Assembly: GCA_965603825.1 (NCBI GenBank)
Contig: CBFDEM010000036.1
Span: 988,431-1,052,430, forward strand
Length of the DNA stretch: 64,000 nt
Source of the DNA: Blepharisma stoltei ATCC 30299
Taxonomy: Eukaryota; Protista; Ciliophora
Reading direction: 5' to 3'
In this document: positions 47,366-60,071 of the stretch, in pieces
How positions within the stretch are numbered: position 1 is the stretch's first letter
Layout of the letters: every line of letters starts with the position of its first letter
The notes under the pieces: model-generated
The model's input: the letters and a program-made list of their open reading frames with translations, nothing else
What the model was told of the DNA's origin: nothing
Database searches by the model: none
Translations under genes and position numbers: made by a program

Positions 47366-50300
47366 ATGTTATCGGACTCAAATGATGGATTAAAAGCTTC
47401 CCTCTCAATAAAAGCTTTAAACTGGCGGCATAACTCTGCCTCAGACTATATCAAGGCAGCAGCAATAGAGTATGTGGAGAATTTTTTCAAACCAAAATTC
47501 AATCCAAGAACGAGAAGAAAGACACAATTTGCAATTGAATTTTCGACGAATTTTATTAACCTTCTCCAAGTTTTGTCCTTGACGTGGTATCCAGACATGA
47601 ACCTCCGATATTGAAAACAATACTCAAAATATTGAAAAGTTATGTCTTACCCCTGCTTTGACCAAATATTGTCAAGTTTCCATATTTATGTCTTGGCTTT
47701 TTACATTTCAATCGCAATCCTATGAATTTGTGTTATTCTTGTAGTATTGACAAGTGTTTTGAAAACGTTTAAGTTTAGGTTTTACAGAATGCTGATTTAT
47801 TTGCCGAGTGAAATTTTAACTTTTTTGTCATCAATTGGGTATTTGCCGACACTGATGATTTTTTTGGTCACTGTAAAATATTCCTTATTAGGAAATGTAG
47901 AGGATGATCTTTATAGTCCTATGCCTGATAATGGCATCAACTTAGGTGCTTTTGGAGCCATTTTTGGTATCATTTCAACAATTCTGCTCTTTTTATTAAG
48001 CATAATCTATGAATTATTTACAGCAGATATTAGGCATTCCTATTCTGATGTAAATATCAAAGCCAGGGCAGATTCAAATCTAGACATGACTATCTCAACA
48101 TACAAGCTTATTTTAGTCATTATATATATTTTTTATGGCCGCAGCCACCATGAATGGCTACTTATATTTATCATAATTTCTTCAGCAATTTTAGCATATT
48201 TAACACACAAATTCAATTCTTACTACAACCCAATGGTAAATGCTTTTAAAGTTTCGAAATTATGCGTCCTTTCATCATGCTCAGCAAGTTTTTTGTTTGG
48301 GGTATGAATGGACAATGCAGGGATAATTCTGCTGCTCTGGCTAATAGCAATCCCAGCATTATCTCTTATAGTCTTCAGGAGAATTTATAGGCTATTGCTC
48401 ATTCCAGAGTCTACAGACTATTTGGCAGCCAATCAGCATATTTTTGAGCTAAAAATCAGAAAACTTCTAATGGACAAGTCTTTAAGGGAAGAAAGCAAAG
48501 TTGTAAAAATTTTCGCACAAATTTATAAGCAAAAAATGTTTCAAAGAGATAAATTGCTGGTGGCTTGAGAAGTTTACTATTATTTGCATACTATAAATGA
48601 TGTTAGGCTGGCAAAATTGAGGTTTTCAAAAATGGCTTATGCCAATTCTAGTCTGGAAGGGGAGATACAGGAATGAAGAATAAATAAATGGATCAAAAAA
48701 CACCATGAAGGAACTGACCAGATTGCTAATAATTTTTTGATTTATTTAATTGAGCTTGAGCAAGCAAAAAAAGAAGACGAAATTTTATGCAGACATCTAA
48801 TAGGACTTTGGATTGAAGTGTGCTCTAGTAAACCAAGATTAAATCATTTGGAAAATTTAGTAGAAAATGTTACCAAACAAATTGAACTTGTAGTCAGGCT
48901 TTACAAGAAATTAATTATCCAAAACCATTCAAAAGCATATGAACTTTATGGTAGCTTGCTGCAACAAATTCTAAGAGATAGTGATAAAGGACAAACCATT
49001 TTAGGAAAAGTCAGTGCTCTAAAAAGTGAAGAAGAGATGTCAAAATACGAGCCAAAACTATCCAAGTTTGATGAAAATTATGCAAATATTTTGATTTCGG
49101 CTGATATTAAAACATTTGGAATTATTGTTTACGTTAATGACTTTGCAGCTACAATTTTAAATGAAACCATAAATAATGTCATAGAAAACAATATTCACCA
49201 ATATATACCAGCTCCTTATAACAAAAATCACCTAAAATATATGAAGCGCTTCGTCAGTACTTGTAAAAACCCTCAAGTAGACAAAGGCAATTCATTTTTT
49301 ATACTAGACCATTACGGATATGTGCGCGAGTGCCAATTTCTTATAAGATTGACCGCCCTCAATGAGCGATTATACTTTATGGTCTCTATGAGGCCTATTT
49401 TATCAACTCGCCAAGTCGCTTTAATTTCAGAAGACGGGCTTATCTACTGCCACAGTCAAAATTTCAGCAAGGACATCGCAGAGCCAGAGGTAAAGTCTTT
49501 AAAATTCCAATATATTTCCTCAGTAATTCCGAGTGTTGACTTTGCAAATTTACCTAAATCAAAGCCGACTCTGTTTAAAGTAGGCGAAATTATTTTAACA
49601 ATTATCCATTGTGTTAAGCCAATGAAAAATACAAATATAAACTATGTTCTTATAATAAGAGACCAAGAAGAAGTAGAAAAATGGACAGAAAATGAAGACT
49701 CTGATCAATATGATCTATCAGATCCGGATTTTTCTGATAAAGATTACAATGAAAGCAAGCATATTGTAAAACTTGACATCCCCCTTAAAGTGACTTTCCA
49801 AAAAAAGAGAATATCAAGCTCCTTTTCGGCAACTGAAGTCGCATCGGATTTTGAGCTGACTCATGAATCTATGAAAATGCAAGATATTCAGCAATCTGAA
49901 GAAAGGACAGGCTCAATGACACAAAGTAGCTCTTCCAATGACTATATAAGTACTTATTATTTAGGGGTCGGAAATCATATTATTAATAAATCAGTGAAAA
50001 TTTTGAAGCAGTTTAGATTAGTTCTGCTGCTTTCTGTAAGCAATATATAGATATTATCAGTAACAGCTACAAATATAGCTATAGCTATTTATATTTCCCA
50101 AGCAGTTGACCATTCCTTGTCTGTGAACACTTACAAAGACCTTGGAATTGTGATGTACGAGACCGTTTTTGCTGCTGAAAACGCTCGGTCAGTCTATTAC
50201 TCAAAAAATCTTTTTCAAGACCAAAATACTACAAATTATCTAAATTCGCTTAAAAATTCACTTTCCTTACTCACGATCTCCCAAGACGCCCTTTATTCAA

Positions 50301-51619
50301 ATTTACAGTCCTGAAGCTACTGTAAAAGCTCAGACATTATTGATAAAAATCTAATTGGCGTAAGAGACTATGACTCTGCAGTACCAAAAACTTTAATGAA
50401 AAATCTTTTTGATGAAATCAGTATGTTTATTGACCATGTAAGCTTTATTTAGACACAAAGTTTTATATCAGATGTAGAGAATTTTAAAGATTACACACAA
50501 GATTTAAAGTTTGTGATTGCCAATGGACTCGGAAGAGCTTTTCAGAAAACAAATTCGTCGCTGCATGGGCTTTCTGATTGTGAAATAGAAAAAATCTATG
50601 AAAATAGCAATGAGGTGATTATTTTAGCTGTTTCTGGATCAGCTTTGTTAGGAATTTGTATGATGATTTTGTTTTTATTTATTTTTTTGATAAATAAAAG
50701 ATATGATCAGCTTTGGAATTTTGTGATAAAAATTACCCATGATGCTTATTTTGATTTAAATGGACATTGCTTTGACAGGCTGTCTTCAGTTCTTGGTACC
50801 GATTTAACCCAAGAAGAAATAAATTCCTTATTAAGATACAAGCCAAAGCATAAGGAAGTTAATTTCAAAATTATTTTTCGGCATTTCTCTAGACTTTTTG
50901 TTTTTATTGGGCTGACGATAGCATACTATCTTGTCATTCACCAATACCTATATCCTTCATGTGAGCGATATTTAATTGAGAGGCCAAAACTCCTCTCAAA
51001 CTATATAAATAGACGATCCCTAATCCCATTGATTGATTTTTGAGCTAAAGAAACTGGGACTTTTGAGCAAGACTATGGCTTGAAAATTGTTTTAAATAAT
51101 TCATATATTTTTGAGCACCCTGCAGAGGAATTGATAAATACAGTCGAAAAATTATGAGACGCAAACCACAACCTCCTAAGCCAGCTCAAATATATGTCTT
51201 CAGAGCTAAAAGTCTCATTATTTCAAAAAAAATCCAATCAAATTCCAGATGAAGGTTTTGCATATGGCTCGTTTTGATATACAAATTTATTGATTTTTGA
51301 CTCATTTTTGATAGAAAACGATGAGAATAATGTGATAGAAAATATGGAAAATCTGGGGAAAAGAATAGCGAATTTGGAAGAGGCGATGTCTTTAAATTTT
51401 GAAATTATCGATAAAACGTCCAAAGATATGATAACAAAAAAGTTGAATATTATTACTTATACGTCACTTGGGTATTTGATGATTTCAGTATTAATGTATC
51501 TAGTGTTTTACTTGCCATATACTTTGGTTGATATCAAGAGTCTTCAGAAATTTCAGATTATTATATCAGTTATTCCAAGATTTATATCAGTTACTGAAAA
51601 AAGCCCAAGAAGAGATTAA
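47366..51619 (+). CDS. multi-pass membrane protein with PAS domain (ciliate-expanded TmcB/C-like family), about 1407 aa, two 15-nt introns
   Basis: Seven track ORFs join into one frame with TGA=Trp and two introns. It has an N-terminal TM bundle, a PAS segment GIIVYVNDFAATIL...IHQYIPAPYNKNH..YMKRF and C-terminal TMs. Confidence 0.85.
50036..50050 (+). other. 15-nt spliceosomal intron
   Basis: gtaagcaatatatag, in-frame TAG. Confidence 0.9.
50438..50452 (+). other. 15-nt spliceosomal intron
   Basis: gtaagctttatttag, in-frame TAG. Confidence 0.9.
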
Positions 51620-53234
51620 TATATAAACCGAAGGCTAAATAAGTAGGGTGTAAGTCTAAAGTAAATTTCTTGGTTTATAATAAACTTGGATGTATTATAA
51701 TATAATTATAATGATTAGTACAAATCTCAATGCTCAAATGCAGATTATAATAGTTTGCTTGGAGTTATTCAGCTAAATCAGAACTTGGGTGATGCTATAA
51801 GATTCACAGGTGATCAAAAGTTGGCTTTTTATGCAATTTTTCATTAATCATGACTTTAAGAGCCCTATAGTCAGCATTAAATATATAAACATATACATTT
51901 GTGTTCAATATATTTTTAGACTTGTCTAACTGCAATTTTAGTCATGCCAATTTCCTTATTGAGATAAAATTTATTATACTTTATTGATAAATTGTTTAAA
52001 GATCATTAGAGTTAAATAACAATTTAATCTAATAAAAAATATTAACATAAATCAGATTTAGTATACTATCAATTAAATCGACTTAAATTAGTATTTTAAA
52101 TGCTATTCATTTATTTGAAATTCGCAATCTGCTGAGGATTATTTATGGATAAAATTTGTCCATAATATCACAAATTACAGTTTAATTTTTTTTATAGGAA
52201 TGCTTGCCTGATAAGCTTTGGCTGTATATCTCTCATTTGTGGCAAATACTCCAACAAGCTAGAGCAAAATTCGCAAAATTGATTGCTCTATGAAATTTTA
52301 CAAATTCTGTCAAATAACAAAAAATTTTAAGCAAAAATTTTCAATTTTAAATTTTAAAAATTTTTCTTTTGCCCCTAAACTCCATAAATTTGCTATTTTT
52401 GAATATAAAATTTATTCTGATTTCTGAAGAAATCAGATAACAGATAATCATAATCGTCTATTTAGCATCAGAGTTTATGCCTCTTAATGCTATTTTAAGG
52501 TAAAAATTAGCTGCAGGAGGATAGAAAACATAAAAGGGAGCTCAAATAAGCATTTTCAAGAATGTCCCTAAGTTGTTTGAAATTTAATAAATTATCATGC
52601 AATTAATACCTCAAAAAAAAGGCTTCACTGATAGATTTACTAACCTCAAATAAAATTTGACAGTAATTTTTTTTCCTGTTTATTTTGATCATGAGACTTA
52701 ATTTCACTGAAAATTTATCCTGCAATAATAAACTTTAAAACTAATGATGTGTATGGATTGCCTTCCACGAAAATAGATTTCCGGAAGTGTGCTGCCAACC
52801 CTAGACGTGGAGTCGGGCACTAATGAGACTATATTTGTTATTGATTTTATTAGTGAAGGCATAGAACAGTAATGTGAAATTTAGACTATAAAATAATGTT
52901 AATAATAGAATATGTAAAAGATCAGCTAATTTTAATTTAAAAGTGGATTTTCCAGAATTCTGACGAGTTCATTTAAAACATATAAATAATCCGATTAAAA
53001 AAATGGCTCTATTGAAGCTTTTGTTAAATTTTAACCTGATCTAGCTTCTTAATTTGAAAAAATTCTTATAGTTTGTTAAATAAATTTATTCAAGGGAAGC
53101 AAGCTAGCAAAAGATCTTAGCCCTTGGCATATAAGCTGATATCTGAAAATTCCTTAATGAGCACCTCAATTATGATCTCGATAATTATTATCCAGCATTT
53201 CTCATCTTTAGTAACAATATAATAATTCAATACT

Positions 53235-53585
53235 ATGAGCATGGAAAATCTGAAAAAAGAAAGTGCCTATGCTTCCTTCGATGCAGGCGCTCAAGCTTGC
53301 GATCAGTTTTACCAAGAGTTCGATATGTTTAACAACCCGAACCTTGAAATTATTATACAAAACCTTGACCAACAAGCTTATCGAGATCTTTGCTGCAGAC
53401 TTGAAAGCTTAAGAAATAGCTTGATTAAGCTGGAGCCTTTCTTAGGCCCAGACATAAGCATTCCTAGGACTCAGAATTGCTTATATTTGATGTCCCAGAC
53501 TACCAATGATGACATTAGAAAACTCAGCAAAAGCTTGAGTAGCTCAAATGGTTATCTTTGTGTAAAGAAACCAATTCAAGAATAA
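53235..53585 (+). CDS. hypothetical protein, 116 aa
   Basis: Isolated ATG-TAA ORF with coding-like GC content in AT-rich flanks. Confidence 0.55.
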   Translation: MSMENLKKESAYASFDAGAQACDQFYQEFDMFNNPNLEIIIQNLDQQAYRDLCCRLESLRNSLIKLEPFLGPDISIPRTQNCLYLMSQTTNDDIRKLSKSLSSSNGYLCVKKPIQE

Positions 53586-54349
53586 GACAATTAAAATTAA
53601 CATTTTAAAACTTAAAGAAACTGCTTCAATAATTTTAATTTTATAAGTTCTTTAGAAAAATCCATTACTGGTGATATTCTTTATTATCGCTAATTAAAAA
53701 TTTAGCTTTAATTGGTTTTTTTTAAATCAAGTTAGAGCAACTTGAGATTAAATGCTCTTTAATTTTTGATCATCTATTAATAATCAGTTTATATAATGTT
53801 TTTTGAATTTACTAACTTTTGCAAAACTAGCATAAAACTATATTGATGGATGGATGTCACAATTTTCATCTTAGCCTAAAAGCCTATATTTCGAATGCTC
53901 TAGCTTGAAAATTCAGAGGAGCATTTCAAACTATAGCTTACATGAATTTTGAATAAATCCTTCTTTTATTGATTTAATTGAGGTACCAGGAATCCAATAG
54001 TTGTCTGGATTTCATTAATTATAGCTATTAGTAAAAATTCAATTTATGGTAAAATTTGATATTTTGCATAATTTTAAATATTAATTTGGTTAGTCAACAT
54101 TTCGAATTAAAATGAACTTTAAAGAGAATTAAAAAAATTGAGACTCCAAGATTTCTTTTATGTAGAGCTAATAAGTATCACTCAAAATTTTTTTAAAATA
54201 CATTCTATTAGATACCTAAAAAAATTCTGTTAAAATTACCATTTTGTGCTTAAATTAATATCGCTTAGAATCTTTTCTTATCTATTTATTTGCGTATTTT
54301 TGATTTCCTTAAAATAATTATCAGTTTATTTATGACTAAATCTTTAGCT

Positions 54350-54620
54350 CTAATGAAATTTAATTGATATTTCTATAGTAATTAATATATATAAAGAGTA
54401 TATTAGAATTAATGATTTTTGTTGATAATTCTGCTGAGAGAACCTCAAAAGGCACAATTGGAGAATTTCTAGACTGGCGATATTTATTTATTGCTGGCTA
54501 GATCAATATAAATAGCCGTAGAGTCATGCAAGATTATGGGATTTCGTTAAAGAGAATAAATAAGCAAAAGCTCTAGAGACTGTTTAGATATTTAGCATAT
54601 AAATCAGAGTGTCCTAAAAT
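54350..54620. repeat. diverged direct repeat, copy 1 (copy 2 at about 57760-58050)
   Basis: Shared blocks ttctgctgagag, tgctggYtagatcaatat, gtagagt, agattatggRatttcgt, tagatatttag and tgtcct in the same order. Confidence 0.8.
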
Positions 54621-54664
54621 TAAAATATGACGAAATAATAGATTAGAGACCGAATAAATTCAGA

Positions 54665-55345
54665 GTTTTTAATGGCAAGTTTTATTTAGCAATTTTGAAA
54701 ATCATCCAGAGACTATTTCAAGTTATCGCCCTAGGAAGTTCAGCGATTTTGAGTCCGAAACAGAAAACTCTCCAAATAAATTTATAAAGCAACCTAACAA
54801 TTTCTGTTTCCATTAGCTTCAAATCTTAAAGCACCTTAATTCCATTCAGGTCTGGTATTTATTGTATTTAATTATTGGCTTTCTTGGACTGTTTTGCTAA
54901 AGATTTTTTGTAATTATTTTTTGTGGAAAGTGATAGGTCTTCCATTGAAATGAAGGCTATTTATCGTCGTTTTTGCAAGAAGTGCTGCTTACTATTTTCA
55001 CATAATTGAGCCTATTGATAAATCTTTTACAAGAAAGAAGGAAGATATTTGCATAAAATATAAAAAGCTACGAAAAAGTTTTAGATTTGCTATAATATCT
55101 GCCAAGTGCTTAGCCTCTGTTTCTGGAAAGCACGTGGATAAAGAAACTGAATGACGAAAATAATAGAATCCTTAGAATAAATTAATTAGTTTTTAAGCTC
55201 AATTAAGAGATCACATAAATTCAAATTCTTCTAATGGCAAGATTTATCTAACAATTTTGAAGATCATCAAGAGACAATTGAAAGTTAACACCCTAAGAGA
55301 CTCAGCGATTTTGAGCCCGAAACAGAAAACTCTTCAAATTTGCAT
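54665..55345 (+). repeat. local duplication of a pseudogenic segment (54665-54780 and 55225-55340)
   Basis: taatggcaag.ttt...caattttgaa.atcatc...cagcgattttgag.ccgaaacagaaaactct.caaat occurs twice; both copies translate NGK.YL.ILKII.R....SAILSPKQKTLQI with nearby stops. Confidence 0.75.
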
Positions 55346-55589
55346 ATATTTTTCTGCAAGAAATCCTGGACATTTAGAGTTCAAATAACAGTCTCTGACT
55401 AAGGGTGCTTTAAAGAGACTATATAAATGGATGGATCAGTGCTGAGTGGGCAAATCATTTGTTCAGCGATGTGTCCCAATAATTCTATAGGCTATACCAA
55501 AGAGATTCTAATGAGAAAAGGGTTATTTTTAGAATTCCCAAAGTCCAAAGCATAGCGTATCTTAAATTTATGATATCTTTAATAAATAT

Positions 55590-56657
55590 ATGGAAAGATC
55601 AGCTGATCTCCCACTCTCCGACCCCAGCGGTATCAGCCAGCCTCTTCAAAGCTCAGTGAAAGAAACCAACGAGAAATCCAGCTGTGAACTTCAAGATATC
55701 AATCAGACCCTCATCAGTCCCAGCATTATGATCTCTAATGCAAATTTAGCATGAGATGAGATCAGAATAGAACTCACCAGAAAAGAAAACCAGCCTGTGA
55801 GTGGAGAAGAAGCCTCAAACGTTGAAACCAAGCAATCAGCAGCTTCCGTCAAAGTGGACTCAGAGCATGCAGAAAAAATCGATTTACTTGATGAAAAACT
55901 CAGAGACGTAGACATCAGCACGAAAATGGAATCAGAGTTACTACAAAATTGTTTGGAAATCGAAATAGATCAGAGGCAAAAAAATGAAGAGTATAAGGAT
56001 GGTGCAAATGAACTAAAAAAACTAGAAAAGAAAATAGGGGTGCTCGAAGGAGAAATAGAAATACTAAAGGTAGAATGAAACCAATTAGCGAGAAATTTTG
56101 AAGATGAAAAAAGCCTTAGAAAATTGCACAATGAAGAACTGGAAAGACAAATAAATCTCGTATGGAAATTCGTAACTGAAAAAGAGGAAGCAATGAAAAA
56201 AAAAATGGAAAAGCAAATGGAAGTAATCGAAGAAAACATGATAAAAGATAAAGCAGAATTTGAAACAGATTTGGAAAAAAACATGACAAAATACTTAGCA
56301 GAATTTGAAACAGAATTGGAAGAAAAGATGACAAAATACATAGTAGAATTTGAAACAAAATTAGAAAATCAAATGAAAGTATTTGAGGAAGGCTTAAAAA
56401 AAGATAGAGCAGAAATGAGGGCTGAATATAGAGAATTGGAAGAGGAAATTAGATCATTGAGAAAAGAAATCAAAAATCAAGAACATTTCAGAATAAAATT
56501 GTTAAGTCAAAGTCTTCATCCTATGAAGGACGTCTTAAATTTCTACATAGACAATTGATTGAAGAGATTGAGAAAAAACTTTATTGTCATTTATCGGCTT
56601 ATTTAGGCAGGAGCCGAGCAATTTCAGAGAAATTAAAACCTTAATTGAGAATAACGA
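55590..56657 (+). pseudogene. coiled-coil family gene, frameshifted and 3'-truncated
   Basis: ATG 55590, open with TGA=Trp. Homology to 58151-59452 shifts frame near 56505 and again near 56610, then stops at the junction with the trHb-gene copy. Confidence 0.75.
56253..56378 (+). repeat. 45-nt (15-aa) tandem repeat, about 2.8 copies
   Basis: AEFETDLEKNMTKYL / AEFETELEEKMTKYI / VEFETKLENQM. Confidence 0.85.
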
Positions 56658-57704
56658 TCTTATTTGTGACATAATTCCTTGCTTATCATCGTCATCAACC
56701 CCAAACTCAGTCAAAGTCACATCAAAAATATCTGCATAGCAGTAAAACTCTTCAAGCGTAATTCCCCTTAAATAATGTGCCGCTCTAAGTCTTCGCCTAA
56801 GTTCTAAATTCAAGCTCCCATTAATAATTTTAAACATCCCAGTCACAATCCCTTCAAAACTTTCCATGGTCGATTTCTTGAAATATTTGTTTAATAAATC
56901 GCACGATAAAATTTTGTTATATAAACTTATGATGAATTTCTCCCAAAACTGTTCTCCACCGTATTTTATGACGATATCTTGTTCTCTTACCTTTGCGATT
57001 TTTATATTCATAGTCATTTCATCATAAGTCCCAATGACTCCCTCAATGCATTTTCTTTCGATTCCGTCATCAATTCGTTTTTCGTCACCTGGAGATTGGT
57101 CTTGCAACATTTTTGATGAAAAATGCCCCAGTGATGGGGTCATAGGAGCTTTTGTGTGGTTAAAGCTTTCTAAATATTCATGAATGCTTTCTTCTCTGTT
57201 TATAGGACTTATTCTTCTAGGGGATTTTTGTGCATTAAGTCGGTCGATTTTCATGTTTACTTTATTTAGTCTTTCTATAATATCTTGTTCTGAGGTCAGT
57301 TCGTGAGGGATTTTTGGAGCTTTTGTGCGGATTTTGAATGGGCATGACAACACTTCTTCAACTTTTTCGCTGATTGGGTTCATTGAAGTGGTAGAAACAG
57401 GCCTGGATTCTTCATTAGGAATATCACTAATCTCGGTTTTTGCTCTTTCTAAATGCTCATGGTCGTGATTTTTGGGCATATCAAGCTTCATTTTTGGCTT
57501 GCTATGAATAGAATAATCTACCAAATGTTCCTTACGGTCTAATAAAACCAGTATTGTTTTTATCCTTCACAAAATCAAGGACAATTCTTCAAGTCCTCCA
57601 TATTGATTAAATAAAGCACCATTTAAAAAATCTACTATATGCTCGACCATAAGTTCTATTTCTCCTATTTTTGGAAAGATTCAGCTGCATAGCAGCTATC
57701 AATA
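56658..57704 (-). pseudogene. inverted partial duplicate of 41312-42362 (3' half of the trHb fusion gene)
   Basis: Near-identical translation over about 290 aa; single-base deletions in 57525-57680, no 5' part, and the native C-terminus is replaced. Confidence 0.92.
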
Positions 57705-57759
57705 GAATTGTTTCATAAAATCTATCTAAATCAAAATAATTAAAGTTAATTAAAATTTA

Positions 57760-58050
57760 ATGAAATTTAATTTCTGTTGCTATAGTTATGAATAGATATG
57801 AGGAGTTTATTAGCTTAGATATTTTTGCTGATTCTGCTGAGAGCACTTCAAGAACAGAGTTAAAGAATTATAAGGCCGGTTATATTATTTACTGCTGGTT
57901 AGATCAATATTAATTACTGTAGAGTAAAATGATTAAAGAAATGTAATTTGGTCATTTCCTGTTTCAAAATCATATGCGAGATTATGGAATTTCGTAAAAG
58001 AGGATAAAATAAGTAAGACATGTTGGGTAGATATTTAGAATGTCCTTAAA
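57760..58050. repeat. diverged direct repeat, copy 2 of 54350-54620
   Basis: Same ordered conserved blocks, with a ~45-bp insertion. Confidence 0.8.
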
Positions 58051-58150
58051 ATAGATCTATTAAAATTTCTTCAACAGCAATTTCCTTAACTAGCATATAT
58101 CAGATTAATATGAAAAAGAAATAATGAAGAGAATTAATTACTGAGAAGCG

Positions 58151-59452
58151 CTATCTTTCAGGAATTACTCTGTAAAGAAGTTGATGCATAGCGAAGCTCT
58201 CACTGTTTACGTCCAATTTTGAAATATATTCTTCAACTCCATCTATTTTTGAAAGAACATGATGGATGTAGCTACTGAGTCTTTTTTTGTAATCTTTTAA
58301 TTGCCTCCACTCTCTTAATCCAAAATCATAGTTTTGGTTCAGAAAAATTTCAATTTTTTGATTAATCTCTTGAGATTCAAGATTGTTTTGCTTGGTTAAG
58401 ATTTTAATATCTCTAAAATCTTTCGGCTTCCGGCCTAAATGAACTGATAAGTGACGAAAAAGGCTTTGCTCAACTTGCTCTATTAATTGCCTATGTAGAG
58501 ATTTAAAAGATGCTTCATAGTATGAAGACTTTAGCATAGCGTTTTCGTTCTCTAATGTTTTCGACTTGCTCATTTCTATTCTCATCGATTTCACCTGCGA
58601 TTTTAGTTTTTTATTTTTAGCCGCCGCTTCTTCTTTGTCTTTTTTTCTGTATTCTTGATTTAGTTCCATTTCCTTCTCCGTTTCGACTTTAATTGCTTTT
58701 ATTTCCTTATCCATTTCGGCTCTTTCTGCTTTTATTTTCTTATCCATTTCGGCTCTTTCTGCTTTTATTTCCTTATCCATTTCGGCTCTTTCTGCTTTTA
58801 TTTTCTTATCAGTTTCGGCTCTTTCTTTTATTGTGTTTTCTTCAATTGCTTTATTTATTTTCTCCTCCATGGATTCCAATAAGGAAATTATGTGGTTTTC
58901 ATGGACTTCCTCTTCTCATTTTCTATTCCTTTTTTCGTCTTCAAGATTTCTCAATAATTGGTATTTATCTGCCTTCAGCATTTCTATTTCTTTTTCGAGC
59001 ATCCTGATTTTTTTTGCTAGTCTTTTCAGTTCATTTGCATCTTCCTTATGCTCTTCAATTTTTTGCCTCTGATCTATTTCGATTTCCAAGCAATGATTCA
59101 ATAGCTGTGATACTATTTTCGTGTTAGCATCCACGTCTTTGAGTTTTTCGTCAAGTAAAGCTATTTTTGCTTCAAGATCTGAGTCCACTTTGACGGAAGC
59201 AGCTGATTGCTTAGTTTCAATGCTTGAGGCTTCTTCTTCATTAACAGGCTCGTTTACTTTTCTGATGAGTTCTATTCTTATCTCATCTCATGCTGACTTT
59301 GCACTCGAGATTATAGTGCTGAGACTGATGAATCCCTGGTTGACTTCTTGAACTTCACAGCTGAATTTCTCGCTGGTTTCATTCACTGAGCTTTGAAGAG
59401 GCCCACTGATGCCACTGAGGTCGGAGTGTGGGAGACTGGCTGATCTTTCCAT
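58151..59452 (-). CDS. coiled-coil family protein, apparently intact, 433 aa
   Basis: ATG 59452, two TGA read-throughs, TAG 58151; paralogue of 55590-56657. Confidence 0.8.
58695..58826 (-). repeat. 33-nt (11-aa) tandem repeat x4
   Basis: Unit gcttttatttYcttatccatttcggctctttct on the + strand, encoding ERAEMDK(E/K)IKA. Confidence 0.95.
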
Positions 59453-60071
59453 ATATTTATTAAAGATATCACTAAGCTTAAGATACGCTATTATGCTTTG
59501 GACTTTGGGAATTCTAAAAATATAGTAAATACTTAATACTTAGTTTTTGATAATAAGGGATTTGATATTAATAGTTGCAGTAATTACAAAATTACCTTAA
59601 GAATATTAGAAGATGTCTTACAATAAAACTTTTAATTACTAAAGTATTAAAAATTTAATTAAAAGCAGCATAAGGAGTAATTTTTATGAAGTGGGAAATT
59701 TATGCAAAGGATTGACTCTGTTAGTTATTTAAGCGGGCTTAAGTAAAAAACTTTGAGAAATAAATTCTTAGACTAGTAAAAATATCAAAGTGATTTTGGA
59801 TATTCACTAGGCCTAAAGGGATAACTTACCCAGTTAAGGCAAGGTGAATTTTAATGGCTAATAGTGCTGAATAATGCTTATGAGGAGTAGCACGGACAGA
59901 GTGATTAAAAGATAAGTCCCACAAATGCGAGTTTTCTGATCCCTACTATTGATAAACGACTTAGTACCTTAGATATTGGTATTTGAATAGTCACTCGATT
60001 TGGTGGCTTGTGCTTTGATTTCAAAATGCCCCATTTTATTAAAATGCATGAATTTGGTAAACGAGAATAAT

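Noticed and set aside
55286-55296. taacaccctaa, 1.4 telomere units, as a possible telomerase RNA template
   Set aside because: It lies in a duplicated pseudogenic segment whose other copy reads tatcgccctag, has no supporting structure, and an 11-mer match is plausible by chance in 64 kb.
58695-58826. 33-bp repeats as a CRISPR array
   Set aside because: No spacers; this is an in-frame coding tandem repeat in a eukaryotic gene.
1218-59351. Numerous short antisense or alternative-frame ORFs in the track (e.g. 2175-2723, 16245-16658, 29588-30001, 55970-56341)
   Set aside because: They are shadows of real genes on the opposite strand or frame, with F/S/L-rich composition.
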